From NCBI GenBank assembly GCA_964270895.1, contig OZ185452.1: 64,000 nucleotides of DNA, one strand, 5' to 3'. This document shows, piece after piece, positions 24,291-37,859 of the stretch. This stretch comes from Podarcis filfolensis (taxonomy: Eukaryota). The translations under genes and the position numbers were made by a program. Under the pieces are notes generated by a model. It saw nothing but the letters and a program-made list of their open reading frames with translations, was not told the origin of the DNA and searched no databases. Each line of letters begins with the position of its first letter. Within the stretch, counting starts at the first letter, position 1.

Positions 24291-25207
24291 GGCATCCTGC
24301 ATCGCCAACCAAGAGCCACTGAGGCAGCACTACCTCCTTCTGCACAGTTGAACTGTTACACTGGACAGCGAGCCTGTGGCTCTTCCTGCTGACAACCTTT
24401 AATGGGGATAGAGAGCGTTGCTGCCAGAGTCCCCAGTTCAATATTCTCAGCACTCCAAAGGTTGGGGGTTGTGTTATTAAAAGGGGGAGGGAAGATGATT
24501 TAATTAAAGAAAATGTAAATGTAAAGGGTCTTGCTGCAATTCTTAGTTGTCACCCATCCTATGCCTTCAAGTAGAAATTCAAATAAAACAGAACATTGGA
24601 AAGTTAACAGCTTATGTTTCAAAAGTGCTATTTATTGGTTCAAGTGAGTCAGTGGTTCTATATTATTCTGCTAATAAAAAAATGAAGCTTTAGTTGAAAG
24701 CCTCCCAAAGTACTTTCTGCAATGCCAGTAACATCTGATGTTTTTTTTCCACACCAGCTGCTTAAAATAAGCCGTGCCTAGCTCCAGAAGAAGCTGACAA
24801 AGGTGTGGCTATAGACCGCTTGGTGTGATCTCCTTGGCTGGGAGGAGGAGAATTGCTCCCCGCAGAACACTCTTCCATGGTGTTGTCTGGTGGAGCTTTA
24901 AATGATTAAAGCAGCAGGGCTCTCTCTACTTTCCTTGAAGGACTAATCCACAGCCTGAGACATCTTGCAGTTAAATAACAGGCTCAGACAGACTGTAAGT
25001 AATGCTGTGCGGCAGGCTGCTTTAAGTGGAACTGCCTCGTTTTCAAGGAATGCTACATCACTGCCGTAACACAGAGAAACTAATAAGTTCAATCTACTTC
25101 ATTTATAAAACTGGGTCAGCTTCATTAGATAGCACATAAGCAGCCATCTTTTGCATCTGGAAGCATCCAAAGCAGACTGTGTTGTGATGCGAAGCTCTCT
25201 TTAAAAG

Positions 25208-25518
25208 CAGAGGTAGCTAGCTTGTAGTCCAAAAGTGTTTGAAGGGCCATAACTCCCATCAATTAATCATACTGGCTGAGGAACTGAGGGCAGCGGTTGG
25301 CATCCGTCTGTCTCAGGAGCCAATGGAAGGGTGTACCTTTGGGGATGAGGTCAAACGCTTGGGAGTTACAGCGCCTGCTGTGGCTGCAGAGGCCAATAAG
25401 GGAGAGACGTGTTTTGTTCCAGCTAGGGCAGATAAAGGCGTCCAGTTGTGCTGATGCAGGTGTACTATGGCATAATAGTCCAAAAACACCTGAGGGGGCC
25501 ACAAGTTAGCCACCTCTG
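25208..25518. mobile_element. URR1-like MITE with an internal insertion and a flipped left-arm segment
   Basis: TIRs CAGAGGTAGCTAGCTTG and CAAGTTAGCCACCTCTG; about 190 bp of unrelated repeat inside. Confidence 0.7.
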
Positions 25519-25674
25519 TTTTAAAAATGTTTGAATTTATTTTTATTATTTAAATGAGGAGTTCAGTGAGGTCCCTAATCCAGGTCCCTAATCCAAATCT
25601 AATCTCTGCCAGGAACTCAACTGATAGCCCACACTTCTTATTTGCGATTAGGAGATCACCAACTCACGCGAACA

Positions 25675-25676
25675 CG

Positions 25677-25724
<48 letters not shown>
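25675..25724. repeat. (CG)5(CA)20 compound microsatellite
   Basis: Read directly from the sequence. Confidence 0.97.
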
Positions 25725-25726
<2 letters not shown>

Positions 25727-26413
25727 GTAAATTTGTGTTCATCCTTCAGGAAGAATCAACATCAGAAGTCAAAGGTCTTCTGAGCAAGATATCTTTCAGT
25801 CAGATGGAGATGCTGCTCTTGTCTGCTTTTTGGGTGGCCATCTGGAATATTTTGTAAACTCAGTGGCTCAAGGGCCAAGCTATAAGCCTGGCAACAAACA
25901 TGGGTCCTGGAACTCCTTAGTAAATGCTTCCCTATGGTGAATCAGCAAGGGGAAGTAGTTGTACAGGCGAGAAATGGGAGGTGTGTTATCTGCTAAACCC
26001 TTCTTCCATGCACCACAGTCCCCCTGCTTTTCCTTCTCTACTTTTAAGGTTAAGCATACACCTCCATACACCATTTCTCCCTTGTGAATGGGATCCATCA
26101 CTCTACAACAGAGAAGCAGAGGCCAGAGTTCCCACGTGCATGAGTTACTGTTGAAACATATCACACACACACGTTTATGTATAAAAAACAGCAAAGCAAA
26201 CAAGCAACAATAAAACCTAGAAATAAAACTGTATACATTTTCTTTATATGCATAATGGATGCCATTTTGGAATTGTGGAGAAGGGAGAGAAGGGTATAAA
26301 CAGCTTTGACTATGAAGAAAAACCTCTTCCTCAAGCGAAACGTGCTTAATGCTATGAAAAGAGATATTTACTTTGTTTTGCAGAGAATGGGATATTAAGC
26401 AAAAACTACTTAC

Positions 26414-26533
26414 AAAGTAAACCGCTCCAAAACTTCCATGTCCAATTTCGTGTAAACCCACAAATAGTTCCTGAGGATCATCTTTGTAGAACAGGTCAGC
26501 TGCATCTGGGTCTTTTGGCACCCCTTTGCGCAT
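26414..26533 (-). CDS. TAOK3: TAOK3 first coding exon ([40 protein letters not shown])
   Basis: ATG at 26533 and donor GTAAGT at 26413-26408. Likely acceptor cccccag ends at 26626 (92-nt UTR); a second possible acceptor lies at 26704. Confidence 0.97.
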
Positions 26534-26759
26534 GGTGAACAGTATTAGGACCTTGTTCCCACCTCCAGTTCCCAGTCAGTTTCTTCCCTCATTGACAATG
26601 GAGTCCTTAGGTAACAATTCAGAACCTGGGGGACGGGGGGAGAAATTTGTAGACAATTGAAATCACTGGAAGTATTTAAATTTGTTTAACTCAGGTACCT
26701 TCTCTACAGATTCAAGAAAGCAACTTTTAAGGAGATAATTTTTCCATGTTCCCCAAAGA

Positions 26760-26902
26760 CGAGGATGGGGAACCTGTGGCACTCCACACATTGCTGGACT
26801 CCCAACTGCCATCATCCTTGACTATCGGCAACAATGGCTGCGGCTGATGAGAGTTGGAGACTAACAATCAATCTCTGGACAGCCGTACGTTCCCCATCCT
26901 TG
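26760..26902. mobile_element. URR1-like MITE
   Basis: Ends gggaacctgtggc and gttccccatccttg, with an internal palindrome. Confidence 0.7.
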
Positions 26903-27877
26903 GGAAGTTCTGTTTAACTGTTAAACAGATGTTTTTGAGAGCATTTGGTTTGTTTATTTAAATCTGAAATATTTGTATCCTGCTTTCCTGCCTGAAAACA
27001 GGCCCTCACGGCAGCTTAATAAAAACAAATCCATCCATACAAAGGTGGTGTTGTTTTTTGGGTGGGGAAGGCAGCAATGACAGAAAGAGACACCCTGTTC
27101 CCAGCTGTGGCTTTTAAAAATGTTCCACAGTGACCACATGGGAAAATAGCCCCCCTCCCCCAGTTTTGTGTCTGAAATTAGGGCACTTCCTCTTAGGCAG
27201 CTGGTTCATGGCTCTATCCAGCAGCAGTGGTGACTGAAAAAGTGGAAGGAATGAGGATATTCAAATGTCCACTCCCCTGGCCTTAAATATTTCTGTTGCT
27301 GATCCAAGTAGTGCTCTTGCGGTTTAAAAAGCATATTTTGTAGAAGGTGGGGTTGCTTTATTTCCAAACAAGCCTTTTCATGATACAATCCTCTATAAAT
27401 AATACTGTAGTCCAAATGCCACTCAAACAGCAAGTCCTTAAGATACATGTGCTTAGGAACAAAAAAAACCACTGTCGCTGTGCAGAATCCCTTAAAATGT
27501 TAGGGAAGTGTTTTTTCCTCCTTGCAAGTGTATAAGTTAACAAACAAAAAGAGATCAGGGTTGCGGGGAAGATGGATTGTAATCCTTCCACCTTGGGACA
27601 TGGAACCAATCAACATTTTAAAAGACTGCAGGACACAAGGATTGAAAAAAAGGCTTAATTAGAGCTGGGCAAAGTAAGAATTACATCACACCACTGAACT
27701 GGGGCAACTCACCTGGTATAAATCTGATAAGCATTTGAATCAGAAACTCCAGGAAGGTTAAGTTTCTAAAGTCAGGTAAACTGGCCAGGTACTTAGGAAA
27801 ATAAAGACACTTTGGGGAAAGTGATAAATATAAGTTGCTGACAAGTGCTCCAAAGCCCCAAAGACAGGGCAAATATA

Positions 27878-27879
<2 letters not shown>

Positions 27880-27913
<34 letters not shown>
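27880..27913. repeat. (TG)17 microsatellite
   Basis: Read directly from the sequence. Confidence 0.95.
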
Positions 27914-27915
<2 letters not shown>

Positions 27916-30099
27916 TGAGTGAGGGGGGGTCTGTGGGGCCCACAACCTCTCTGTGTCTCCCCTCTGCCCCCTCAATGAGTCTGCCACCACCCCTTTTCTT
28001 TATCATGGTCCTACCATCTGGCCATCCTCTACCAAAGGGGTAAGCAGACATCAAGATCTACTTCAGCTTTTACTAAAACGCTTTTGCAGTCGGGCCACCA
28101 ACTAGCTAGGTGCAAAATGGTTGCTGCAAGGATATGCAAAATGATGGCTCGGGGAGAAGTGCCTTACCTACTGCACCTTATAAGCACATACTGGGAATGA
28201 CCTGAAAATGCACAAAAATGCACCTGTAATTCTGAAAGCCTAGAAAAGAAGAGAAGTGCCCTTTTGTAGCAAACAACTGATAGCCAGAAAGACTTGCAGA
28301 GCCACTGCAAGTCATCTAGCAATTTAGTAATAGTAGTAATAAATTATCCACTCTTCACTGTAAGGATCCTGGGGTTGGGGTTACAGAAAACCAGAACCAT
28401 CTAGATCCCTCTTCTACCATGTTTTGTTAGGGTGCCTCATGGGACACATGGGTGCAGTGTTAAAAGGATGGGGCCTTCATGGTGCTGACATTACCATCCT
28501 TTTGGTGCTGGGTTACGTATAACTTATTCCAGCCGTTTGAGGAAATGTGAATGTCATGCTTATTGCTGTTTCTGTTATATATTTTGGAGTTCTGTTGTTT
28601 ATTGCTAAACTTGATGGCTGTTTTTAACAGTCTATATAAGTCACGGAGAGAACTTTTGTATGAGACAACAAATAATGCTAGCTTGACTGAGATGGGAACC
28701 ACTACTAAGAGCGGCATATGGCAGGTGACTCTTCTAGGGTTAGACTGACAGGCAACTTAACTGAAAAACACTGCTATGTAATTGTACTATTAACTTCATT
28801 CTAAACAAGCCTAATGCACAAACAACAGATAAACAAACAAGGTTTTTTCCCTGGATTACTGTTGCCACAACCATATTGTACTAAGAACCCTATATTGTCT
28901 ATCAGGGGTAAAAGATTTTTGTTTTTGTTTTTGTAAAGTACACTTGTTTACAGCTGCACCCATTTAATTAATATTTATTCATTATATTTCTGTACTGCTC
29001 CATAGTGAAACTCTAAGCAGCTAAGAAAATTCAATAACACAGAAAATTGAAACAAAGCAAGCAATACAAACCATATTTATTATGTAAAATCCAGCAGCTT
29101 GCTCAGAACCCTGAGATTTCTAGCTGCCAGTGTTGAAAAAGAGCCACATGTATGGAAAATGAGGGGCAACCGGGGGTGGGGTGGGAATTTAAAGACCATT
29201 TATATTATAAAATATTTTGAACCTAGAAGTTGCATGGATGGCAGTTATAGGGTCTGTAAAATTTATGATTTTTGGTCACAGATGTTCTCGTTATTTTTAA
29301 ACACACAGCATTGTCAGTCTCATCCATTATGGAGCTGGGGGACTGAGGAAGTGTCTCCATCTTTAGGGTCCTTATCACAGAGATAGGCTGCAAAAGAGGC
29401 AATTCAGCATACCTGGGTAACTATAGCAATAAGCATACTCTATGGTCCAGGCTCATTTCAGTAGAAACGTTAGGTCTCCTTTTCTGTTGTGTCTTTGGGC
29501 TCTATATACTCTTGCGTTCCAACCTGAGGAGTGGGGGAAACAGAAGTAATTAAAACATATAAATACATTCTACAAATGAGCAGTTCCTGGTCTGCAGAGC
29601 TGGCTCCTAAACCATTTTTGACCCAACTGCAGCTGGTGCCAATTAACCATTTCCCTGATATTTGTCCTCCCACTCTTTGGGTCTCAACTGACACATCTTC
29701 CAGAAAACAAGGCAAAACTCTCTGGTCAAAACACAAGGCAGCAATTACTTACCTTCCTGTTAACAGTGAAGCAGGAGCCTGGAGGGAGGGGCTGGCCTTC
29801 ACAGCACCGAAGAATACGGTAACCTCAAGCCTCCAAGCCTACACATATTTTCAACAAAAACTATTTGGCTGGCCTCCATGTGAGAACTATATGTACTTAC
29901 ATAAAGAACGTTAAAAAGGAGCCCTGATTTCATGAATATTCATGAAAATGGCAGTTTCCCCTTCTAGCTAAAGCCTCTGCATACACCTGCCCACCTTGAT
30001 ACACAATTCTATACTGTGTCCCACGTTGGGTCTATAGACAGGGTACAACAATATTAAAATACTTATCAAAACATAAAAATACAGGGAGAAAATGCAATT

Positions 30100-30400
30100 G
30101 AAAGACTAGGGCAGAGTTAAAACAACATATTGAGATCAAGGCCTAGGCACACAAGTGTGTGTGTTTTTAAAGCAACCTAAATGTCATTAATACAGACACT
30201 CATCTAAGCTCAGAGGGAAGGAGTTTCCATACTTCTGGCACCACCACAAAAGAGGCCCTCTCTCTACTGGTCACTAACCATAGGCTGCATCATGGACAGG
30301 AAGATCTCATCAGCTAATCATCACAATGATTGAGGAACCTCAGTTCCAGGGGACAAATGCAGCCCTCCAAGTCCTCTCTATTGGGTCCTCAGGGCTCCGT
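30100..30400 (-). mobile_element. L2 3' remnant
   Basis: Encodes RASFVVVPEVWKLLP-like sequence on the minus strand. Confidence 0.5.
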
Positions 30401-30920
30401 TATCAAGGTAATTTTGCACAACAGACAAACACTAAAAATTTTCTTTGTTGCAGCACTCCTTTACCCAAGGAGTCAACTCCGCTGACATCCAGCAGTGTAA
30501 CAGATAATAGTTTTGTCTACAAGAATCCCTGGCCAGTTGGACATCAATCCCTGGCTGCTTTGCACATCAGCAGCAGTGAAAATAAGCAGTTATGGATGTA
30601 CCTGTAAGGTCTAGTAAATGGACAAGGCTTAATGTAAGTTTTGAGCTTCTTTCTTTCGTATGCTGATCCAAATATTTGTTGAATAAGAGAGGCAGGGTAG
30701 AAAATGCTTTTGGGCGCTATTTTCTGTCTGGCATGGAGATATAACCAAAGCTATATTTCAGTTAAATTGTCTTTTTCAATGAAAGAAAATAATCACAGAT
30801 GTGGGTGCTAAGAGAGTGGTTAGCATGAGACAGGTTGGGGGAGCTAAAGTACCTGCAAGAGACTTTACCTACTTGCAGGGCTTCATATTCCACAATTAAC
30901 TTGAACCATGCACACATGCA

Positions 30921-31289
30921 CCCAGGACGCGGGTGGCGCTGTGGGTTAAACCTTGCTGACTTGCCGATCAGAAGGTCGGCAGTTCGAATCCCGGCAACGG
31001 GGTGAGCTCCCGTTGTCCGGTCCCAGCTTCTGCCAACCTAGCAGTTCGAAAGCACGTCAAAGTGCAAGTAGATAAATAGGTACCGCTCCGGCGGGAAGGT
31101 AAACGATGTTTCCGTGCGCTGCTCTGGTTCACCAGAAGTGGCTTAGTCATGCTGGCCACATGACCCGGAAGCTGTCTGAGGACAAACGCCGGCTCCCTCG
31201 GCCAATAAAGTGAGATGAGTGCCGCAACCCCAGAGTCAGTCACGACTGGACCTAATGGTCAGGGGTCCCTTTACCCTTTACCTTTACCT
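30921..31289 (+). mobile_element. Sauria SINE, full length
   Basis: Same head and (ACCTTT)n tail. TSD ATGCACACATGCA at 30908-30920 and 31290-31302. Confidence 0.92.
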
Positions 31290-34200
31290 ATGCACACATG
31301 CAGTGTCCTGTTAACAAATTAATTGGATACAAGCCTTTTTTGTCACTGGGAGAAGGTGCCAACTGTGCACTGGTGCAATAAAGGCAAGCGCCTCTTTCAC
31401 ACGGTACTGGTGCATACATAAAATGCCCACTCAGCTGTAACATATGAAAATTCCAAACTACTGAGAGCCAAATATTTTTCAGCAACAAACTCACTTGCCA
31501 GCTTCAGCAAGCTGCTATTCTCTCAGCTTCAATTTTCCACTTGCAAAATGGGACCACACCTTTCAGGTAAGGGCTGTTCTGAAAATTGCTGAATACACAC
31601 GAAGCACTTCAAACACTCTAAAATGCTACTTATTGTTATCATTATCCTTACACTTACTGAGATCATATAGCATCCGAGCCCTTTTAGCACACTAGAAATA
31701 AAATTTAAAATATCTTTATTATTTATTAAAGCCTTACTGCAAGAGACACATGGCTGCTCTGAGCTGATTTGCAATGTTTAATTTACTGGCCCATAATAAA
31801 CCTGAGCATCTGTTTCCATGTAAAGCCTTGCCCCAGCCAAATAATGCTGCTGTTGTTATGTCTATTGAAGGACAATTGTTTGAAGACTGCAAAGCATCTG
31901 ACAGCATGACTAAGGATGCATCCACAGATGGCAGCTGCCCACACTCCTGGCTCAGCGCTGTAGCACACAACCATAGTGCATTCAGGAAACTCAGAAACGT
32001 TCCCTTCGACATAGCCCCTACCCTCCCTAGAAGATGACAGCTATTCATGGATCAGACTGATACTCATCAGCCATTTGGATCAGCAGTGGGATCAGGGCAG
32101 GCTGAAGAACAGTACACACATGCATGGTGTGAAAGCAGCATATTCAAACCACCCACAGAAAAGACACTTGCAGACCATTTCCCTGACTATCAACACTTTG
32201 CAAATTGCAGGAGAAACGGGTCATTCAGTGGCCAAGCCAAAATCGTGGAATACCTGACAAGATGAACTTGGCCCTCTTAAGCTTTTTTGCTGGCTGGTAA
32301 AAGTTTTCCAATTATGGCAAGAGACTAGCTTGCCAGACAGATTATTCTTATGTCATAAAAGCATTCTCAGATGATAGTCTATCTGCCAAGCCTATATACA
32401 TTTTTGGCCGATTTGTTTTTTTAAGGGATTGTTTAAGTTTGTAATTGTTGTAAGCTGCTCTGAGTGATGCAGACGCATTCAAAGGGTGGGGCATGATGTT
32501 TTTCTCAAGAGAAACATAATTTTGGGGTTGGACAGATCTCCTGGCAGAAAAATACAGTACAAAAAAACCCCTGTTTCTAGTTATCAGCATCTTCTACTTT
32601 AAGACAAGTCCTTAGTTTTGAAGACTGCAATATTTACCATTTCAATGTGTACCCTGGCTTTTCAGCCTAGCAGTTCTCAAAAGCATTCAATATGATAAAG
32701 TATCCTATTTAAAATTAAAACAAAGCCATCAAATTAACCAATTCAAAATCAGCCTGCTGAAATCAGGTTTGAAAGAAGCATTTTCTTGTAGCCAATAGAA
32801 TAAGTTGTGGGGTATGTAATGCCCAAGACAGTTTATCCAGTTTGAAAATGGACTCATGGGCCCAAAATGGTTGGTGATCACTGCAATATGGCACTTCCCT
32901 TATGTTCTTTCCGGTAACAAATATTCATAGAATTATAGAGTTGCAAGGGACTCTGAGGATCATCTAGTCCAACCCCCTGCAATGCATGAATATTCTGATC
33001 AGAAGAGCCAATACTTTCCACACGTGGCTCTGTCCATGAATTCTCTCCATATCAACCCATAATACCAAAGGGATGGTTATTTCTGAAATCGAAAGATGGC
33101 AACCATCACACATCAGCTCCACAGTATTAGGACTGATCAAAGGTGATTCAGAACCTACTTCAAACCAAGCAATGACTTGGCCAATTTGTTAAATAAACGG
33201 AAACCAGATTGGTTTATTCTCAAGTGGTCCATTCTAAAAATTCCTGTTCTATCCTTATAGCTAGTGGCAGTAGTTCATTGTGTTGACATGACATGCACTG
33301 GAAGACATATACAGCTATTGCTTATCACTTATTTTAGTTATAATCCATCTTTTTTCCTGTTATTGCACATTGTTCTAAAAATCTTAAAAAATTAATACTT
33401 GAAGGGTAAAAAATATGCTTTCTGAATGTTTCAGAAGTTGAAATAACAGTGGGAGTTCCTCCTAACTTGGAGGGCAAAAATCAATAGTGAGCACAAAATT
33501 TTGGTTAGCTACTGGGGGCACACCACAGAACACCTACAACACTACCTTGTTGACACACATTGGAGGGGAAGCTGTCTCCAGAGGGAACTTGGCCATGAGC
33601 AATATTCTTATTGAGAAATCCTTGCTAGCCACCTGAGGAACTCCAGGGTTGCCCAGAATTCAGGTTGAGATCCATCCACTACTCAAAGGGAAAGATGAAC
33701 TCCACCAATCAGAAATAACAAGATCCTCAAACCTCAAAGCCATTTACTTCTTATCCACATATAAGTGGAGTATCTACAACTGTTAAGTCACTTTGTGGTT
33801 AAAACAACTGAATTGCAAGCTAAGAGCAAAAAAGAAAGAGACTCATAGATGAGTCAAGTGTGAAAGAGTTACACCCAATAGAAGAGAGGTCACGGACAAA
33901 CACATTTGTTTGGAAAGTTTCTCGTATTTCTATCACTGAAGGCAGGGACAGTTAAATGAATGGGAAGGATGCCTTGCAAAAAAAATAATGCAGTTTTTTT
34001 TCCAGAAACTGGTTTATTTTCAAGAAGTCTTAAGGAACTTTTGTACTATATTCAACAGTTACAGTATTAAAACAAGGCCATGACAATCTTATCCATCTAT
34101 TTCCTTCTCCACAGTGAGTGTATTTTATAGGTACACAATCCAGTCAAACTTAAGAGCCCTTTTGTCCCCTTGCCTCTAATGGAAGCGAGGGGGGAAATCA

Positions 34201-36439
34201 ATGGAACTAAATGCTTAACTTTAGTTGGATGGTGCCAAAATATTGTTTTTTGTGGGAAAGGTTGCGCACTGGGGGCCTTAAGGAGTGGTAGACTAGAAAT
34301 GGATTTCAAATTAAGCCATTTCATACTTTCCCACCTTCCTTTCTGCTGTTACTGGGTTGGTTGAGAAACTAAAAATGCAGAATAGCACAAATGGATAAAA
34401 ATGAAATCTGCTTCAGCTACTGGTGGTTGTTTCTACTTAGCCCCCCTTAAATGTGTAGGTTCCAAGACCATTCTGAAAGTCTAAGTCTTAAAAACAAATC
34501 AGATAGGGTTGGCCTCACTGGCACAGTACAGCAGCTGAGAGCATGATGAGGAATGCCTCTAGCTGAAACCTATAATGCTAGCCTACCTTACATGAGTAAC
34601 CAAACAAAGAAGCTATCAATGTCAGCCTGTGTAGACCTCTGTTTGCTTTACTTCCTTAGACCAAAGACTGCGGCTAATGAAACAAAAGCTACAGGCAGAG
34701 CTTGCAGGGCAAAATAATGACCATTTTGAAAAGAAAACAACTTTAAACCTCTGCCAAATTCTGGTGACATTGTCATAATATTGTAACACTTCAATGTCAC
34801 CCAATTTCCCTTTCCTTCTCCCCTATTTCTGTTTTCTCCATGTAGCCTGATGAAGGGTTCTGGAGGACTTGAAAGCTTACACACTATTTTGGCCTTTTAG
34901 AAAAGAAAAGAAAGAAAATTATTGCTCTAATATGGATATTGCAGTTGTTGCTGTTGTTATGGGCCAACATGGCAACCTTTGCTTTTTGAGCTTCTTTTGT
35001 GTGTTTGTAATAAGCAAGCACTCAAAGTATGAATAAAAATAAACCAAATGCTAAAATGTATCTAAACGCCTATACTATTTACAAAAATAAATTATATAAA
35101 TGTTACAAAAGGGCATTTTCAAGTTATACTGAAAAGTTTCTTCCTCATTTTAAAAAAGGACACTGTCATTGCCTATAATGAAGATTTAGGTCAAGTTAAG
35201 ATCATATATAAATAGTCCCATTACAATGAAACTAGCAGGTTCTAAAGCAACATTGGGTTACTTCTAATATTTTCAAATCAGGCATCACTTTCTTTACCGA
35301 CAAGTGGTACAAGTACAGGCCCAAAATTTATGGGCGGGGGGGGGGGGGGGACTTCCAGCCACGTCTGTGGCACCTTCCGTAATTACTTACATTGGAAATA
35401 TCAGGAAAGCATTAATTTTTGTGTACATGCTTTTTGGCAGCTAGAACAAAGATCATCAGTCCCTTGTGATGAGCTAACTCTTCACGCTCCACAGGACAGT
35501 CAGGAAACATTTCCTTATCGTTGTACTATTCCAGGCCTACATATTTTACACACAAATAAACAGGTTCATTTAATATCTAATGTATCAATTAGTACATGGA
35601 GCTGTGCTCTGAATACAGGTAAGCTTTCCTGGCTTTCCCAAACCCACAGTGAATGCCCGCATAGATTAGTCACACTTCTAAGTGCTCACTGGGGTATATG
35701 ACCAGCACAGAGGGTCGCAACACCATATTTACTTTATCATCTTTCCTATGACTCATCGTTGCCATGCCTCACTTCACGAAATATAAGGCAAGCAGGGAGA
35801 GGAAAGCGAAATCTTAAGAGTAGGAGACGAGCTAAGGCAATCCCCTAATGTTCCCTGGCAAACCAAAAAAGGGGTCAGAATGCCAGCCCAGCCCTATTTC
35901 TTTAATGGGGAAAGTGTGTACCAGGGCACCGACAAGAGCAGCTACCTCTGAAACCTCATTCCCAATCCCCACTGGGGATTTTGAACAGAATGCTAAATGA
36001 CATATATACACAAGCAGAGAAGAATGTGGAGCTGGAAAGTAAATTATTGTTAACAGGCAATTTATTCATTCTTCTTCTCCCAGAGCCTGCATTCCCTGGC
36101 TGAGCCTTAAGGGTGTGGTGGTTATGCAGTATTATAGGCACAAAGTGGAGAGGCCTCCGTTATGATCCTTTCCATTATCATTTTGGATAGTTTGTTGGGG
36201 GACTTATGGCATCAACAATACAATAAGCACACAACTGTGGACCCTTGATTTTAATGTGAATTAATTGGGGTGGGGGAGAGAGGGAACGGGCAGATACAGC
36301 AACCAAATGAGCAAAACAAGGTAGAAAAACTAAGCCTCACTGTAAGTTACATAAATTTAAGCTACTAGGATACCTTTTTAAAAATGCCTCATCCCCTACT
36401 CACCCAATGGATCGATGTGCTCTGCAGGAGAGGGCACTC

Positions 36440-37015
36440 TGCAGATACCATTTATTTATATTTATTTATGTGTCATTAAAAAAAGACATCAAAGCGGTTT
36501 ACAGCAATGAAAACCAGAAAACACAAGAAAAAAACCGCTAGAAAACTTAGAAGCAGCCACCAGTTAACTATTGGGGAAGGATGTGTTCTTAATTGCCTGC
36601 ATAGACCTGATGGAATAGACGTTGGCACTTACTATTGGCAGGACAGGGCTGACGACCCTAAAAGGAACAATTTCTAGTTGCTGTCAAAGAGCATCACCCT
36701 CAGGGAATGACACTCCTGCAGATGATCTCGGTGACCAAACTGGGATAAAAGGGTTACGGCAATCCCTGAACCCTAGACCTAAATTAATACAATAGCCTTC
36801 AACCTGGCTTGGTAGGAAGTGGGCACCAGTGCAACTGTTTTAACAATGATGCTGTATGTCCTCAGCCAGAAGCTTCCATCAGGAGCCGGGCCACTGCATT
36901 CTGCACCATCTGGAGCTTCCAAACCAGACCCCAGAGAAGTCCCACATACAGCGCCCTACAGTAATCCAGCCTTAAGGTTAGCAATGCATTGGCTGAGGTA
37001 CTGATTCCATCTTCA
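36440..37015 (-). mobile_element. L2 LINE remnant
   Basis: Encodes LDYCRAL (L2 RLDYCNAL-like) and ends in a tttattt tail. Confidence 0.6.
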
Positions 37016-37621
37016 GTTAAATATGGTACTATATATAATACTCAGGCCTTGGGTGGCTAAGCTGGCATCTAAGGTCATGCACATCTTTTAGTGGGGTGGG
37101 TGCTATTACGCTATCAACTGAGCATTTTAGGTATTTTGCATTATGCACTGTTTTAAACTGTCTGATTGTTTTATCTGTTATCTTGCAAGTCTCTCTGGGA
37201 TATTTTTTTAGGTAAAAAGGGACTAATCTAAACAACAACAACACCTGTCTTGTTGTAAAAATGCTATTGTATTAATGCTGAAAAATCTATAAAATGACTT
37301 ATGACCAGTCCAAGACATTTTGCTGCCTCAGTCAAAGGGCAACAGGGTGCCTCTTGTACCATGTACAGAAAGCTGACTGGCTGTTGAATCTTACTTCAAC
37401 ACTGGGAATAGGGCTGCATCCTTCACTACAGCCAAGGATAGCAGGCTAGCTTTGGGGGTATGGGGCAGGCCATGTGGGACACACAGCTCTGTCCCCCAAC
37501 ATTCACCACCTCTCTCTGCCTGCCTGCCTGGCCGCCCCCAGCATTCGTAGCCTTCTCAGATAACCACCTTACTCTTACTAATGGCAAGGCCGATGCACCT
37601 TGTTTTCTGATCCTATACATC

Positions 37622-37808
37622 ACATAAGAACATAAGAAGAGCCTGCTGGATCAGGTCAATGGCCCATCTAGTGGCCGCCCAGATGCCCCAATGGGAAGTC
37701 TACAAGGAAGTTTGAGCACAAGAGCACTTGCCCCTCCCGCTGTTTCTAGCAACTGGTATTCAGAAGCATTGCTGACTCTAACTGTGGAGGCAGAGTAGAG
37801 CCATCACC
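37622..37808 (-). mobile_element. CR1 3' end
   Basis: (CATAAGAA)2 tail followed by gcctgctggatcag...ggcccatctag. Confidence 0.72.
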
Positions 37809-37859
37809 CTAATTAGAGGTATCCGGATACACCGGATGAATCATTTTGCTCATTTCATC

